Source: Verrucomicrobiota bacterium (GTDB taxonomy: Bacteria; Verrucomicrobiota; Verrucomicrobiia; Limisphaerales; Palsa-1400). From it: a stretch of DNA of 64,000 nt. The translations under genes and the position numbers were made by a program. Shown one piece after another: positions 1 through 11,100 of this stretch. Every line of letters starts with the position of its first letter. Position 1 is the first letter of the stretch. The notes under the pieces are model-generated. The model had not been told where the DNA came from and ran no database searches. It worked only from the letters and a program-made list of their open reading frames with translations. The stretch lies in NCBI GenBank assembly GCA_050014435.1, contig JBEKDI010000008.1:13458-77457 (forward strand). Reading direction: 5' to 3'.

Positions 1-3000
1 AGGACCACCGGGATGGCCGCCGTCACCCCACATTCACTGACTGAGAAGGACGGGCTTTCGAAACTCAAGCCGGCCAACACGTTGGTAATGGTCACCGAGG
101 TAATGGAAGGGGAAACGAGGTAAGCGTTTGTGAAGGGGGTGTTGGGCACCGTCACGAGGGGATTGGATAAGGTGACGTTGAACGTCTTGCTGTTCTCCAC
201 GACGTTTTGATTGAGAATCGGCACGCTGAAACTGGCTGACGATTGATTATTTTGGAAGGTGAGCGTGCCGGTGGTGGCGGCGTAATCAACGCCACCCACA
301 GCGGTGCCATTGCTCGTGGCAAACTGGACGGTGGCCGCGCCTGTTCCGGGATTGAGGCGCGTGACATAAATAAGCACGCTGCCGCCATTCTCGCCCACGG
401 CATAATTGGTGGCCGCGAACTCGAAACCGGTGACGTCGCTGTTAATAGTGACCAAAGCGGCGCTGACGGGTCCGACCTGGACGCCAGCCGGGCTTGGGTT
501 GTTGAGGACAACCTGGAAGGTCAGGGGGCCGTTGACCCCATGCCCCTGGAGGATCGTGATGGGAATGGTTGAAAACGTCTCCCCTGGAGCGTTAGTCAAC
601 GTGCCCGAGACAGGCACATAATCGATGTTGGGCTGGGCGTAACCTTCGGCTTCGGTGGTGCCGGGCGGAGTGTAGGTGCTGTAATTGACCGTGGCGGCGT
701 TGGCGACCGGACCGTTGCGCAGGATATCAAGGGTAACCGAACCGCCGCCTTCGCCGACGGTGTAGGGCGAATTGGTAAAGGTGAAACTCTCGATGTCGTT
801 GAGAATGGTCAGGATCTCCTGGGGGTTGCCTCCGATAGTCGCCCCATATTGGGGATCGGAAAGAGTCAGATAAACAGTAGCGGGGAAATCAGCGTTGGGT
901 TGCGGATCGATAGGGATGGAGACGGTTTGACTGATCACGCCCTGGGCAAAGTAAACATTCGTCTGCACACTGGAGTAGTTTATGCCGGCGATGGCGGTGC
1001 CGTTGGAGGTGGCGAATGTCACGGCGACCGAGTTGCTGGAACCATTGGTTCGAACGATGGTGATGACCTCGTTGGTCGTGCCCGTGACCGGCGCCACGAC
1101 ACTGTAGCCGGGTTGTGAAAAGGCCAGCACACCCGGGCCGCTAAAGATGCTGGCGATGGTGAGGGTCGCGCTGCTGGGTGAGCCAATAAATGTGTTGGAG
1201 GGATTGATCATGCCCAAAGCAACGGTCTGGTCGCTATACAAGCTGGCCGAGTCGAGCAGCGGGATCAGGAAGTAATTCGTCATGATTCCTGGATTGAAAA
1301 CGAGGAAATTCGTAGTGGGAGTGTAATCGACATTGGGCGTGGCAGTGCCGCCGCCACCGGTATAGACGGTAACGCCAGCGGTGCTGTTCGGATTGCCGAT
1401 CCGGACGACGGGAATGATGGCTTCGCCGCCTGGCGCATCGGCAGTCTGGCGAAATTGTTGCGCCGAGAAGCTCACGGCCGAGTTGTCATTGGTAATAATG
1501 AGGGTGGCCGTGGGCTGCGGGCCGAGGGCCAGGTTGGTTGGGTCGGACAAGGTTAGGTTGACGGTCATGTTGCTGCCCGCCGAAAAGGCGTTCAGGATGG
1601 GAATCGTAACCGTCTCGAAGGTTTCACCAAACGGGAAGACCACATTGGTGGAAACAGGCGTGTAATTGGCGCCAGCGACGGCGGTGCCATCCGAGGTGGA
1701 GAAGAGGACGCTGCAAGTGGTCAGGGCGTTGGTGCCTTCGCCGCCAAAGCGTTGCAGGGTGATGACGGCGTTGGTGCCGCTCTCCAGGACGCCGAAGACA
1801 GGCTGGATGAACTGGACGGAGCCGTTGCCAAAGTTTGCCCCGCCGTAGAGACGCACGAAGTTGTTCTCGGGCAAACCCTCGAAGGTCGCAAACCCACCCC
1901 CGAGATTGATTTCGTCGTTGTTCTGGATGGCGATGGCATCCACAAAACCGCCCGCGCCCGTGCCAAAGTTGATGGTCGGGTCAACCGTGCCGTCGGGGTT
2001 GAGGCGCGTGACGCCGCTACGAGTGACGCCGCTGAATTGGGTGAATTCGCCGCCGACAAGAATCCTGCCCTGGGAATCAACGGCCACAGCCAAAACAACG
2101 TCATTACCGCCGAGGCCGACGTTGAAGTTCGTATCCACGCTCCCGTCGGCGCTGTTCAGGCGGGCGAGGTAATTAAGGTTACTACCGCCAACATTCGTGA
2201 ACAATCCGCCAATGAGAATCTGGCCGTCAGGCTGGATGGCGATGGCCCGCACGGAATCCGCCGGACCGAAGTTGGTGGTGGGATTGAAACCCGTATCAAC
2301 GGAACCATCCACATTGAGGCGGACCAAACGATTGTAAGAAACGCCATTGAACGAAGTGAAGTCCCCACCGAGAACGACCTGGCCATTGGCTTGAACGGCC
2401 AGGGCATGAACGGCGGCATCGGTGCCGGTCACTCCTTGGGCGACATTGAAATTGGGATCCAGGGTTCCCTGATAACCCAGCGAGTTCGTCGAGGCGTTCA
2501 AGCGGGCAACACCACCGCTGGGGAAGCCGTCGTAGTTGGCAAAACTGCCGCCGATATAATAGGCGATCGTGTTGGACTGGCCCGGGACAGCCGCAGGCAA
2601 GAACGTCTCCGCGATGGCGTAGATCGTGCTGTCAGCGCCGGAGCCGGGGTTAAAGGTTTCATCGACGGACCCATCCAAATTCAACCGGGCAATGCCTGCC
2701 CGATTGACCTCATCGACTTGGGTAAAGTCACCCACAATCATGACGGGTCCATTGGTTTGACTGCTGTTCGGAGTCTGGCTCAAAACCTGAAGGACGGCGC
2801 CGTTCGGGCCCGCCTGGTTGAATAGAAAAGTGCTGTCAAAGTTGCCGCCGGGCTGGAGCCGAGCCAGGTAATTGAATGGATATTGATTGAAGAAGGTGAA
2901 GGCGCCCCCCGCCAGGACGCTGCCATCCGGCTGCAGGACGAGCGAATTGACAACATTGTTGAAGCCAGTCCCGTTTTGGGTAGTCAGATCGATATTGCCA

Positions 3001-6000
3001 GCGGGATAATTGACCAATTCGGGGTCGAGAATGGTCAAGTGAGCATAGACGGGGAACTGGCCGCTGATGGCGGCAGGGTTGCCGCCCAAAAGCTCCAAAG
3101 TCACCACACGGTTGGCGGCGTTGCTTTCGCCCGGCGTGTAATAAATCGGCACAGCAAAGGTGGCGCTCGATTGCCCGGATTGAAAATTGAGCGATCCATT
3201 GGTCGCTCCATAATTCGTGCCCGCCAGGGCCGGCTGGTAGGATGGCCCGAGGTTGGTGGCGCTAAGATCATTGGCCGTGGCAAAACTGACCGAGACGGGG
3301 CCGGTTGTGCCGTTGGTGCGGATAACGGTGATCAGGGCCCGGCCGGCATTCTGCATAATGTTAAAGTTCGGCACCACAAAGTTAAGATTGCCATAAGAAT
3401 CGACTTCCTGGATGGTCAGGACGGCGCTGCTGGGGGTAGTCAATATCGAACTGTCGGTGTTCGTGTTGGCGACGTTGGTGGCGTTGAACAAAGTCAGATT
3501 CACCGTTTTCGGCCCCTCAACGATGTTGTCCTGCAAGGTTGGAACGGCCACGGTCTTCACGCTGACGTCCTCGTTGGCCCAAGAGAGCGTGTTGGTGACA
3601 CCGGTATAATTGACGCCATTGGCGCCGGTGCCATTACTGGTGGCGACTTGCACCGTCAATTGCCCCACGGCTCCGCCACTCCGCATCACGCCCACGGTCG
3701 CCACCCCTCCCTTGTCCACGCTGTAGGTTGGGGAAGTAAAGCTCAGATGGCCCGGCGGGTAATTCCCGTCAATGATGGTGACGGTCGAGGTGGAGGAAAC
3801 CAAAGGCGAAACGGTCGCACCCAGGACGCCGCTGGGATTGGGATCATACAAGAACAGGTGAAATTGCGTGGTGTTCCGGACGGCGGACTGCAAAATAATC
3901 GGGACGGTAAAGGTGGCGCTGGTCTGCCCCTCCTTAAACGTCAACTTGGTGGTGGGGCTGGGAGGGCTGTTGGAGGGGCTGCCGGTATAATTGACGCCGC
4001 TTTCGGCCGTGCCATCCGAGGTGCCGTAATAAACGGTGATGGCCCCGAAGCTGCCGTTGGTCCGGAGCACGGTGATGGTGACGGAGTTTGAGGTGTCGAG
4101 GGCAGTATAATTGGTCGCGCTGAAGCCCACCACGCCCGGAGGGAAGTTATTATTGACTATTTCCAGCGAGGCCTCGGGCAAGCCCAGGGCCGGGTAGGTC
4201 GGGATCGTGACTCCGCCGAGATTCAATGGCCCGAAGCTGGAATGGCTGGCGTTGGTGATGCCCAATTCGGTTACATCCAACAGGGAAAGATTGGCGAACA
4301 GATTCTGCAGGGCGGTGGTGTCGTTATGAATGGTCAAAGTCACGACTGACGAATTGTAGAAGTCCCCGTCGGGTTGGATGTTATTGTTAAATCCATAGAG
4401 ACCGTCGCATTCCCTCCAGCCATAGGTGCCGAAAGGCAAAATAGAGCCCCAAACGTTATCGATCTCGTTGTACAAGGAGGTGGCGGGGAGGGTGAGTCCA
4501 AAATCCGCCGCGGTGGCGGCGCCCGGACCGGGGGCATTCAAGTTGGTGCCCAAGGTTATCATGGCAGGACCGAGGCTGCCGTTGGTCCGTTCCAGCGTTA
4601 TGAAAAGCTGGCTTCCGGTATCATCCACCGTATAAGGATTTTGCGTCAGGGTAATATTGCCCGGGCAATTGCCGATGCCACCACCGCTGGTCTGAGGGCC
4701 GACGGTGGAGCCGCCGATAATGCGCGTAATATTAATCTGGCTGTGAATATTATCGCGGGCATTTTCGTGACCAGCACCGCCCCCGATGTTGGTGAATGAG
4801 CCGCCGACGAGGATGTTTCCGTCGGGCTGCAAAGCCATGACATAGGCCACGTTGACCGGGTCATTGCACGACTTGTTAATAAGGCCGGCATACTGATTAT
4901 AAGAAGGATCCATGAAGCTGGTATCCACCCATCCATTGGGGAGCAGGCGCGCCAGACCCAGGCGCCGGCAGCCGCCAATGCTCCTGAATTGGCCGGCCAG
5001 CAGTATATTTCCATCGGCGGGTTGAACCGCCACGGAATAAACGACCCCGTCGGCGCCAGTGCCCGGGACGAAGGTCGTATCGAGCGCGCCATTGGTGGCG
5101 ATCAAGGCGATGCCGCTGCGACTGATCAGGTTAAAGCTCTGGAAAGCGCCGCCAATAAGGATTTCGTTATTTTCCACGGCCGCAACACTATAGACAACAT
5201 CATCCGGGCCAATCTCTGGAACAAAGGACGGATCGACCGCGCCGCCGGGCAGCAAACGGGCCACAAAACTGAGGGCGGCGCCATTGACGTAACTGAAGTC
5301 GCCGCCAAGGATGACATTCCCATGGCCATCCGTGGTGATCGAGTTCACGTCCTGATCCGTTCCGAAATTCGTCAGGCCGTTCCCGATGTTGGGCAGAAAG
5401 GCCGGATCCAAGCCGCCGCCAGGCAGCAAACGCGCGATATGATTGCAGTTGGTCGTGTTGTAGGAAGTGAAGTCTCCGCCCACCAGAATATTGCCGTTGG
5501 CATCGATGGCCAGCGCATTGATGAAACTGTTGAACCCGATCCCGGAATGAAAGGTAGTATCCAACGAACCGTCGGAGTTGAGCCTGGCGATATTTTGCAC
5601 GTTGCTTCCATCGTATGACGTAAACGAACCGCCGATGACGATTCTGCCGTTCGTATCAATGGCGATGGCGGAGACGGTACCTCCATAGTTGACCCCGGGC
5701 TGCTGAACATTATTGAAGTTGGGGTCCAGAAAACCGTTGGTGAGCAGGCGCGCGATGCTGTAAACGGGCGCGGTATTGTAGGAGAAGAAGAACCCGCCAA
5801 TGACAGGCTGCCCGTTGGGCTGGATGGCAATGGCATTGACTGAACCGGCCACGCCCCCCAGCGCCCCCGGTTGCGAATTTTCGGGAGGGAAGGAATAAGA
5901 GACGCTATCGAGATTCCAGTTCGTATCATAGGCGCCAGCCGGCACCCCGGTAAAATCAATCGTTAGATTTGCCGAGGTGATGTTGCCAAGGAACCCCGGA

Positions 6001-8069
6001 GGAGTTTGGCCAACATTCCCGGAAGCATCACCTGTGGTCTCGAACAACTCCACATTCATATCCATATCGAACTCGACGGCGCCATTGGTCAATATGGGGA
6101 TGGCGATTTCCCCGTAAGGTTCACCTGGATTGAAAGGCCCGATGGTAAATGATCCGATATACGGCGCCCCGGCCGGCCAAGTAGTGCGGACGCCGACACC
6201 TTCATCACTGGGATCCGCCGGGGCGTTAACCGGAATGCCGAAATCGGGGAAGGTCACACCTTCATTCGTATAATAATTAGGCACGGCATAATCAGAGTCT
6301 GCGACCGTCGGGAATCTGTGCCAATCGAAGGATTCGATGGGAAAGGCACCCACTGCTCCAGCAATATTCGCCGCGCAATCGATCGTAAAGTGAACAGTAT
6401 AGGAGGCGGTCGCAGCAGGAGTACCTGTCAAAACCGCATAGAGATAGGCGTTTGTGCCTGTGGTCGGATTGCTGCCGTTGGGAACCCGATTACAACGAAA
6501 TGTGGCCCTTTCCAAGTTGATGACCACTTCATTCTCGCTGGTATTGGTGACCAGGCCAGCGGGGCTGATATTGCCGCCCTCCGTAATGTAGTTCCCCGGA
6601 TTGTCTTCGAAATTTAGAATATCCACATAAGCAAAGTAGGGGTTCGATAAGTTCGATGAAAGGGTGGGAGGGGTGATACTCTGGTCCTCAGCCGGATCGA
6701 GCACCGGGTTGCTTAAAGTCATGAATAAGAATGGATTGATTCCAGGAAAAGTGACGGCGTCCGGCCCTTCAAGATAGTCGCCGCCTGGATTGATGTTCAA
6801 ATAGACGTCCTGGCTCATTTGAAAATCGTTAAAGGTCAGATTGGTGGTAATGGCCACATAATCGACCCCGTTGGAAGCAGATGCCACCACGTTGGTGTTG
6901 GTTATCGGCCCAACGCAGAGGACCTGGGTGATGGTGATGCTAAAGGGGCTGTTTGTATTCGTCACTCCGGTGACGCTGGCAGCGCATGGGAAATTAGTGA
7001 AAAAATTCGTCGGGCTGTAGCCGGTCGGGAAATTGGACACGATGTTGCCAGGCATGTCGCCACCGGGACCAGGGCCTCCCGCATTGTAATTGGTTTGTGT
7101 ATAGTCAATGACATTAAAGACAGGGTGTTGGACGATCTGAGGGAATCCACCGAGATCGATAAAATCCTCGAAAAGGTTCTGGGAGGCAACGTTGGTAAAG
7201 AATATATTGGTATAGCTGAGGACGTTGGCCGGGGTGAAGACATTGGTGCTGTAATTAGTGGTGTAGATATTCGTAATGACGTAGTTCGTCTCGAACAAGT
7301 TTTGATAGGTCAGGTTCGTCACCGTCAGTGTCACTTCGCATTTGCCGGTGAACCCGTTCTGCCGGGTCACGGTGATGCGGACATTGGGATCGCCGTTCGG
7401 ATTGTAAAGGCTCTGATCGACGGAATTGGGTTCATAATCCATGTTGAAGGTGAGATAGTCGTCAAATTCCCCAACGTCATAAACAACGGTTGAAAAGCCG
7501 AAATTCCCTCCCACCATGCTCGGGAGCCAATTGAGAACGATGTGGCCCTGCGCGGGGGATGCTGTGGAAGTGTTGGTGGACCCCAGCACCTGGATGAAAT
7601 ACACATTGCCCACATAGACGGGGACATCCACGCGGCTGTTCACGCCGCCGCTGGGATCATCCTCATTGGTCGCCAATCCTGTGAGATTCGAATACGCCAT
7701 ATTGGTGCCGGACTTGAGAGTGTAAACAGCCAAAACAGTATCGAGTTCGTTCCCGGTATTTGGATCTGTGCTGCCGCGGGTGTTGAAATCAATCGTGGCG
7801 GTGTAGGGAGCGACCCAGACATACCAGACGGAAGCGCCAGCGCCGTCCGGAGTCGGCAGTTCGGCGGTTTCGACCGTCGCGTTGACATTGGTGCCGGTGA
7901 CAGTGCCACTGCCGCCATAGATGGCCTGGGCGGCGGCCAAATTGTCATTCGGCGGAGCCGGTTGGGCGTGAACATCCATGACAATGCCCGTGTACAGGAT
8001 GGCGGCGAGGCAGAGGGGCATAAACAGCCCGCGCGCCACTTTCAAAGACTTGAGGTGAGGTGTAAACAT
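1..8069 (-). CDS. Giant secreted surface protein (>2,680 aa, runs off window start) with Calx-beta domains and delta-60 repeat beta-propellers
   Basis: Not in the ORF track because no stop lies in the window. ATG at 8069 gives MFTPHLKSLKVARGLFMPLCLAAILYTGIVMDVHAQPAPPNDNL (signal peptide). The same frame reads ...GLSFESPSFSVSECGVTAAIPVV at the window edge (Calx-beta-like). About 12 delta-60-type repeats (e.g. DGSLDTTF, DGSVDTNFN). I spot-checked the frame rather than reading every codon. Confidence 0.88.
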   Translation of the reverse strand, partial: MFTPHLKSLKVARGLFMPLCLAAILYTGIVMDVHAQPAPPNDNLAAAQAIYGGSGTVTGTNVNATVETAELPTPDGAGASVWYVWVAPYTATIDFNTRGSTDPNTGNELDTVLAVYTLKSGTNMAYSNLTGLATNEDDPSGGVNSRVDVPVYVGNVYFIQVLGSTNTSTASPAQGHIVLNWLPSMVGGNFGFSTVVYDVGEFDDYLTFNMDYEPNSVDQSLYNPNGDPNVRITVTRQNGFTGKCEVTLTVTNLTYQNLFETNYVITNIYTTNYSTNVFTPANVLSYTNIFFTNVASQNLFEDFIDLGGFPQIVQHPVFNVIDYTQTNYNAGGPGPGGDMPGNIVSNFPTGYSPTNFFTNFPCAASVTGVTNTNSPFSITITQVLCVGPITNTNVVASASNGVDYVAITTNLTFNDFQMSQDVYLNINPGGDYLEGPDAVTFPGINPFLFMTLSNPVLDPAEDQSITPPTLSSNLSNPYFAYVDILNFEDNPGNYITEGGNISPAGLVTNTSENEVVINLERATFRCNRVPNGSNPTTGTNAYLYAVLTGTPAATASYTVHFTIDCAANIAGAVGAFPIESFDWHRFPTVADSDYAVPNYYTNEGVTFPDFGIPVNAPADPSDEGVGVRTTWPAGAPYIGSFTIGPFNPGEPYGEIAIPILTNGAVEFDMDMNVELFETTGDASGNVGQTPPGFLGNITSANLTIDFTGVPAGAYDTNWNLDSVSYSFPPENSQPGALGGVAGSVNAIAIQPNGQPVIGGFFFSYNTAPVYSIARLLTNGFLDPNFNNVQQPGVNYGGTVSAIAIDTNGRIVIGGSFTSYDGSNVQNIARLNSDGSLDTTFHSGIGFNSFINALAIDANGNILVGGDFTSYNTTNCNHIARLLPGGGLDPAFLPNIGNGLTNFGTDQDVNSITTDGHGNVILGGDFSYVNGAALSFVARLLPGGAVDPSFVPEIGPDDVVYSVAAVENNEILIGGAFQSFNLISRSGIALIATNGALDTTFVPGTGADGVVYSVAVQPADGNILLAGQFRSIGGCRRLGLARLLPNGWVDTSFMDPSYNQYAGLINKSCNDPVNVAYVMALQPDGNILVGGSFTNIGGGAGHENARDNIHSQINITRIIGGSTVGPQTSGGGIGNCPGNITLTQNPYTVDDTGSQLFITLERTNGSLGPAMITLGTNLNAPGPGAATAADFGLTLPATSLYNEIDNVWGSILPFGTYGWRECDGLYGFNNNIQPDGDFYNSSVVTLTIHNDTTALQNLFANLSLLDVTELGITNASHSSFGPLNLGGVTIPTYPALGLPEASLEIVNNNFPPGVVGFSATNYTALDTSNSVTITVLRTNGSFGAITVYYGTSDGTAESGVNYTGSPSNSPPSPTTKLTFKEGQTSATFTVPIILQSAVRNTTQFHLFLYDPNPSGVLGATVSPLVSSTSTVTIIDGNYPPGHLSFTSPTYSVDKGGVATVGVMRSGGAVGQLTVQVATSNGTGANGVNYTGVTNTLSWANEDVSVKTVAVPTLQDNIVEGPKTVNLTLFNATNVANTNTDSSILTTPSSAVLTIQEVDSYGNLNFVVPNFNIMQNAGRALITVIRTNGTTGPVSVSFATANDLSATNLGPSYQPALAGTNYGATNGSLNFQSGQSSATFAVPIYYTPGESNAANRVVTLELLGGNPAAISGQFPVYAHLTILDPELVNYPAGNIDLTTQNGTGFNNVVNSLVLQPDGSVLAGGAFTFFNQYPFNYLARLQPGGNFDSTFLFNQAGPNGAVLQVLSQTPNSSQTNGPVMIVGDFTQVDEVNRAGIARLNLDGSVDETFNPGSGADSTIYAIAETFLPAAVPGQSNTIAYYIGGSFANYDGFPSGGVARLNASTNSLGYQGTLDPNFNVAQGVTGTDAAVHALAVQANGQVVLGGDFTSFNGVSYNRLVRLNVDGSVDTGFNPTTNFGPADSVRAIAIQPDGQILIGGLFTNVGGSNLNYLARLNSADGSVDTNFNVGLGGNDVVLAVAVDSQGRILVGGEFTQFSGVTRSGVTRLNPDGTVDPTINFGTGAGGFVDAIAIQNNDEINLGGGFATFEGLPENNFVRLYGGANFGNGSVQFIQPVFGVLESGTNAVITLQRFGGEGTNALTTCSVLFSTSDGTAVAGANYTPVSTNVVFPFGETFETVTIPILNAFSAGSNMTVNLTLSDPTNLALGPQPTATLIITNDNSAVSFSAQQFRQTADAPGGEAIIPVVRIGNPNSTAGVTVYTGGGGTATPNVDYTPTTNFLVFNPGIMTNYFLIPLLDSASLYSDQTVALGMINPSNTFIGSPSSATLTIASIFSGPGVLAFSQPGYSVVAPVTGTTNEVITIVRTNGSSNSVAVTFATSNGTAIAGINYSSVQTNVYFAQGVISQTVSIPIDPQPNADFPATVYLTLSDPQYGATIGGNPQEILTILNDIESFTFTNSPYTVGEGGGSVTLDILRNGPVANAATVNYSTYTPPGTTEAEGYAQPNIDYVPVSGTLTNAPGETFSTIPITILQGHGVNGPLTFQVVLNNPSPAGVQVGPVSAALVTINSDVTGFEFAATNYAVGENGGSVLIYVTRLNPGTGAATVQFATSNGTAVGGVDYAATTGTLTFQNNQSSASFSVPILNQNVVENSKTFNVTLSNPLVTVPNTPFTNAYLVSPSITSVTITNVLAGLSFESPSFSVSECGVTAAIPVV

Positions 8070-8105
8070 AAAGGCTTTTCGTTCTTGCTTCTTACCGGCG
8101 CGTCA

Positions 8106-11100
8106 TCATTGGTTCTGCAACAAGACGACGCCGCTCTCATTGTTCGTTCCGAGGAAATACCCGAACCCTCCGCCTCCGTCCTGATTTTGCAACACCACTC
8201 CGCCCAACTTGATGGACGGGCCGTCTGCCGAATCCTGGAACCGGCCGCTAAAGCTGCCCAGCGTTGGATTGATGTTCAAAGTCAGGTTGTTGGTGGAATA
8301 CTTGAGCTTCCCGTTATACGCCACCGAGCCGGTCACCAAGCCCAAGCCGCCTCCGCTGAGAATGACCACCGGATTTGTCAAACTGATAATCGAGGAATCC
8401 TTGCCCAAAAAAACATAGGGCGAGGCGGCCACATTATAAGTGTTGATGAATCCGGCAGGATAATAACGATCGTGGACCGAGGGAGCCTTGCTCCAGAAGA
8501 TATTAGTCTCGCCTATGGCGACGCCGGTGGCATCACTATTTTGAAGCGCAACCCAGCCGGAATCGCTGCTTTGGAAGGAAATCCACCCCAGCAGGAAATC
8601 GCCGCCCTCGGCCGAGTAGGCATAAAACGGCCAGAGGCCGTTCTGGGAAATAGGAACCGACTGGCTGAAATCGTTCCCGTCGGCCAAGTTGCCGGCAAGT
8701 GACAAAACGCCCTGCTTGCTGACCGTCAGCGTCGCGTAACTGTCACCGCCCGGCACATTGTTTGTCCCTGTATTGGTCAGAACCAGGGTGTATCGACCCG
8801 CATAGGGCGAGGGGCTTTTCGCCGTCCAGGCAGGCTTTAAGTCGCCTTGCAACTGGGCGACCCAGGTTTCGTTGCTGACATAGCCTTGGACTCCAGCCGC
8901 GCCGTCCGGGTCATTCACCAACTGCAAACCAACCGCCAGCGATTGACTCCCATGCTTCGCAATCACCTGAACGGCATTGGTGGAGGTGAACTTGTTGGAT
9001 CCAGAACCGCTGAACGTGAAAGTAGTCGGCCCCATAAACAACCGGCCCGAATAAGCCCCTGCCTTGCTGAGCGTAAAGGTAAAATAGCCCGAGTTGGCCG
9101 GTGAAGGCAGAGGCTGGTTTGTGTCAATGAAAAGGCCGCTATAGGTGCCTTTGAGCGAGGCGGCCGTCTCCTTGGTAAAATTGGCCGGCGATCCGGAGGC
9201 GTTTTCGGCCGTAAGCGTGACAGCGGGACATTCATTGTTGTCGCCGAAATACCACGCACCGGGCGGGCTTGGAGGGCTTGGGGGGTTCAAAGGAAACGGA
9301 TTGTGATCGCCAGGCCAGAAGGGATCCACGCTCTTGACTACAGCGTCGCTGACGAGACAAACTTGGCCGTTCGATGCATTAGTAATCAACGTGCTGCTGT
9401 CCGGTCCCCAAAAATTTGACACCCAAACCAGGCGGCCGGGAAAAGCGCCTGTCACTTTGCTGATATCATGGTTGCAGTCGGCAAAGTAGATGGTCAGGTT
9501 GGAGGCGATGGATAGTCCATTTGGTCCGCTTGAAAAGGAAAAGCCGGAGGCGCCATACAAAGAGTTGCTGTCGAAGTCCAAGTAATCCACATACATGCCG
9601 TTGTTCGCGCCGGCGCCCTTGAAGCTGAGCAAAGCGTTGGTGGACTGCCAGGAAAGGAGCAAATGCCCAATGACGACGTTATTGGCGAAGCCATCCGCCA
9701 CATTGGTATAATCCCCATTTCCCGCCCAAAGGTGTTGGGCGGTGGTGCCATTGGTGGCGATGGTCTGGATTTCGGTTCCGTACAGGTCGCCGGTGGCGGG
9801 CTTGACCGGCAGGTTGAATCCATCGTTGACCCGCCAGAAGTTAACCGACCCAGTGCTCGTGGTTGGGGTGTTGGGAACGAAATCCGTAATTTGGCCGTCC
9901 GGGGCCGTTTGCAGCGTCAAACTGCCGCCGCCGGTCATGTTGCCCAAGCCCGTGTAGATAAAGGAGTTCGTCGCGCCGATGTTTGCCGCGGAAAGAATCA
10001 GATTCCCGTCAACGAGCATGTAATTGGTCTGATTGGTGAGGACCAGGCCCATGTCCAGCGTTTGGGCTTCAATTGTCATGGAACTGCTGTTGGAAGTTGT
10101 AATGAAGCCGTCATTTTCAAAGACGGCGGACTGGAACAGGGGCGTTGCCGCGTAAATTTGTCCGAAGTTGCCAATGCCCAATATGTCATATTGGCGGTTG
10201 ACGGGAGAAATCTGGTTATCGGTCGGATCAAGCCCGAGATCGAGCACATTATCCACCGACAGGACGCCATTGGTGTTGATCTCCAGGATTTTCAGCATAG
10301 GCACGTTGGTGCCGGCAAAGGAGGAGGCATTCTGCGTGAAATGAACGGTCGAATTAATGGTCAAATTGGAAGTGTTAAACACCGCCTGGTTGATGACGGT
10401 AAGAGGGTCATCCAGATCGATTGATTTGGCCCCGGTTAAAGCCAGATTTCGAACCGTGGGATTGAAACTCCCTTGCAGGGATTGATCAACGACCAGCAGA
10501 TGGAAGAACAGATTATTGGTCACATTGAGGTTGGTTTGAAGAATAATCCAATTAGCCGAGACGGCAAACAAATCACCCCGGAGTCGCGTGAACGACTGAG
10601 GAAAGAGATTGGAGACGAGCAAAGTGCCGTTCGTCACGCCGATTGAGGCGATGGCCGTCCCCCAGTCAACGGCGGCCGTTGCGCCGCCGGCCAGGTTTGC
10701 CGCGGACAGCGTGACCAGCCCCTCGGCGCGAATCCGCGCGCCCGTCAAGTCCACGAAGCTGCCTTCAATATCAATGCGCGCCGGTTCCTGGGTGGGATCA
10801 GGGATGTCCAAGCCCAAGACCGAAGGCGCAAAATCCGCAGTCGGGAAAACACCATCGAGGATTTCCGGGTCCCAACCCACTTGCACTGCATAAGATGCGG
10901 CGGTGTAAGGCTCCCCTTCGGTGTTACGCAATGTGTATGTCGAGTATGGCGGCGCTGCTCCCGTAATAAGGTTGGCAAGGTTGGCCACGTCCGCCAGGTC
11001 GTTTTCCGGCTGGGCCGCGGCCCATCCCCCGGGAGTAGCGGTGCTGACTTCGAAATAAGCGGGCCGGGCATAATCGCTCAACCACGCAGCGTTGGTGAAG

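Noticed and set aside
152-8702. Many long plus-strand ORFs (e.g. 1752-2825, 2883-4091, 7542-8702)
   Set aside because: Antisense shadows of the large minus-strand genes; no recognisable motifs.
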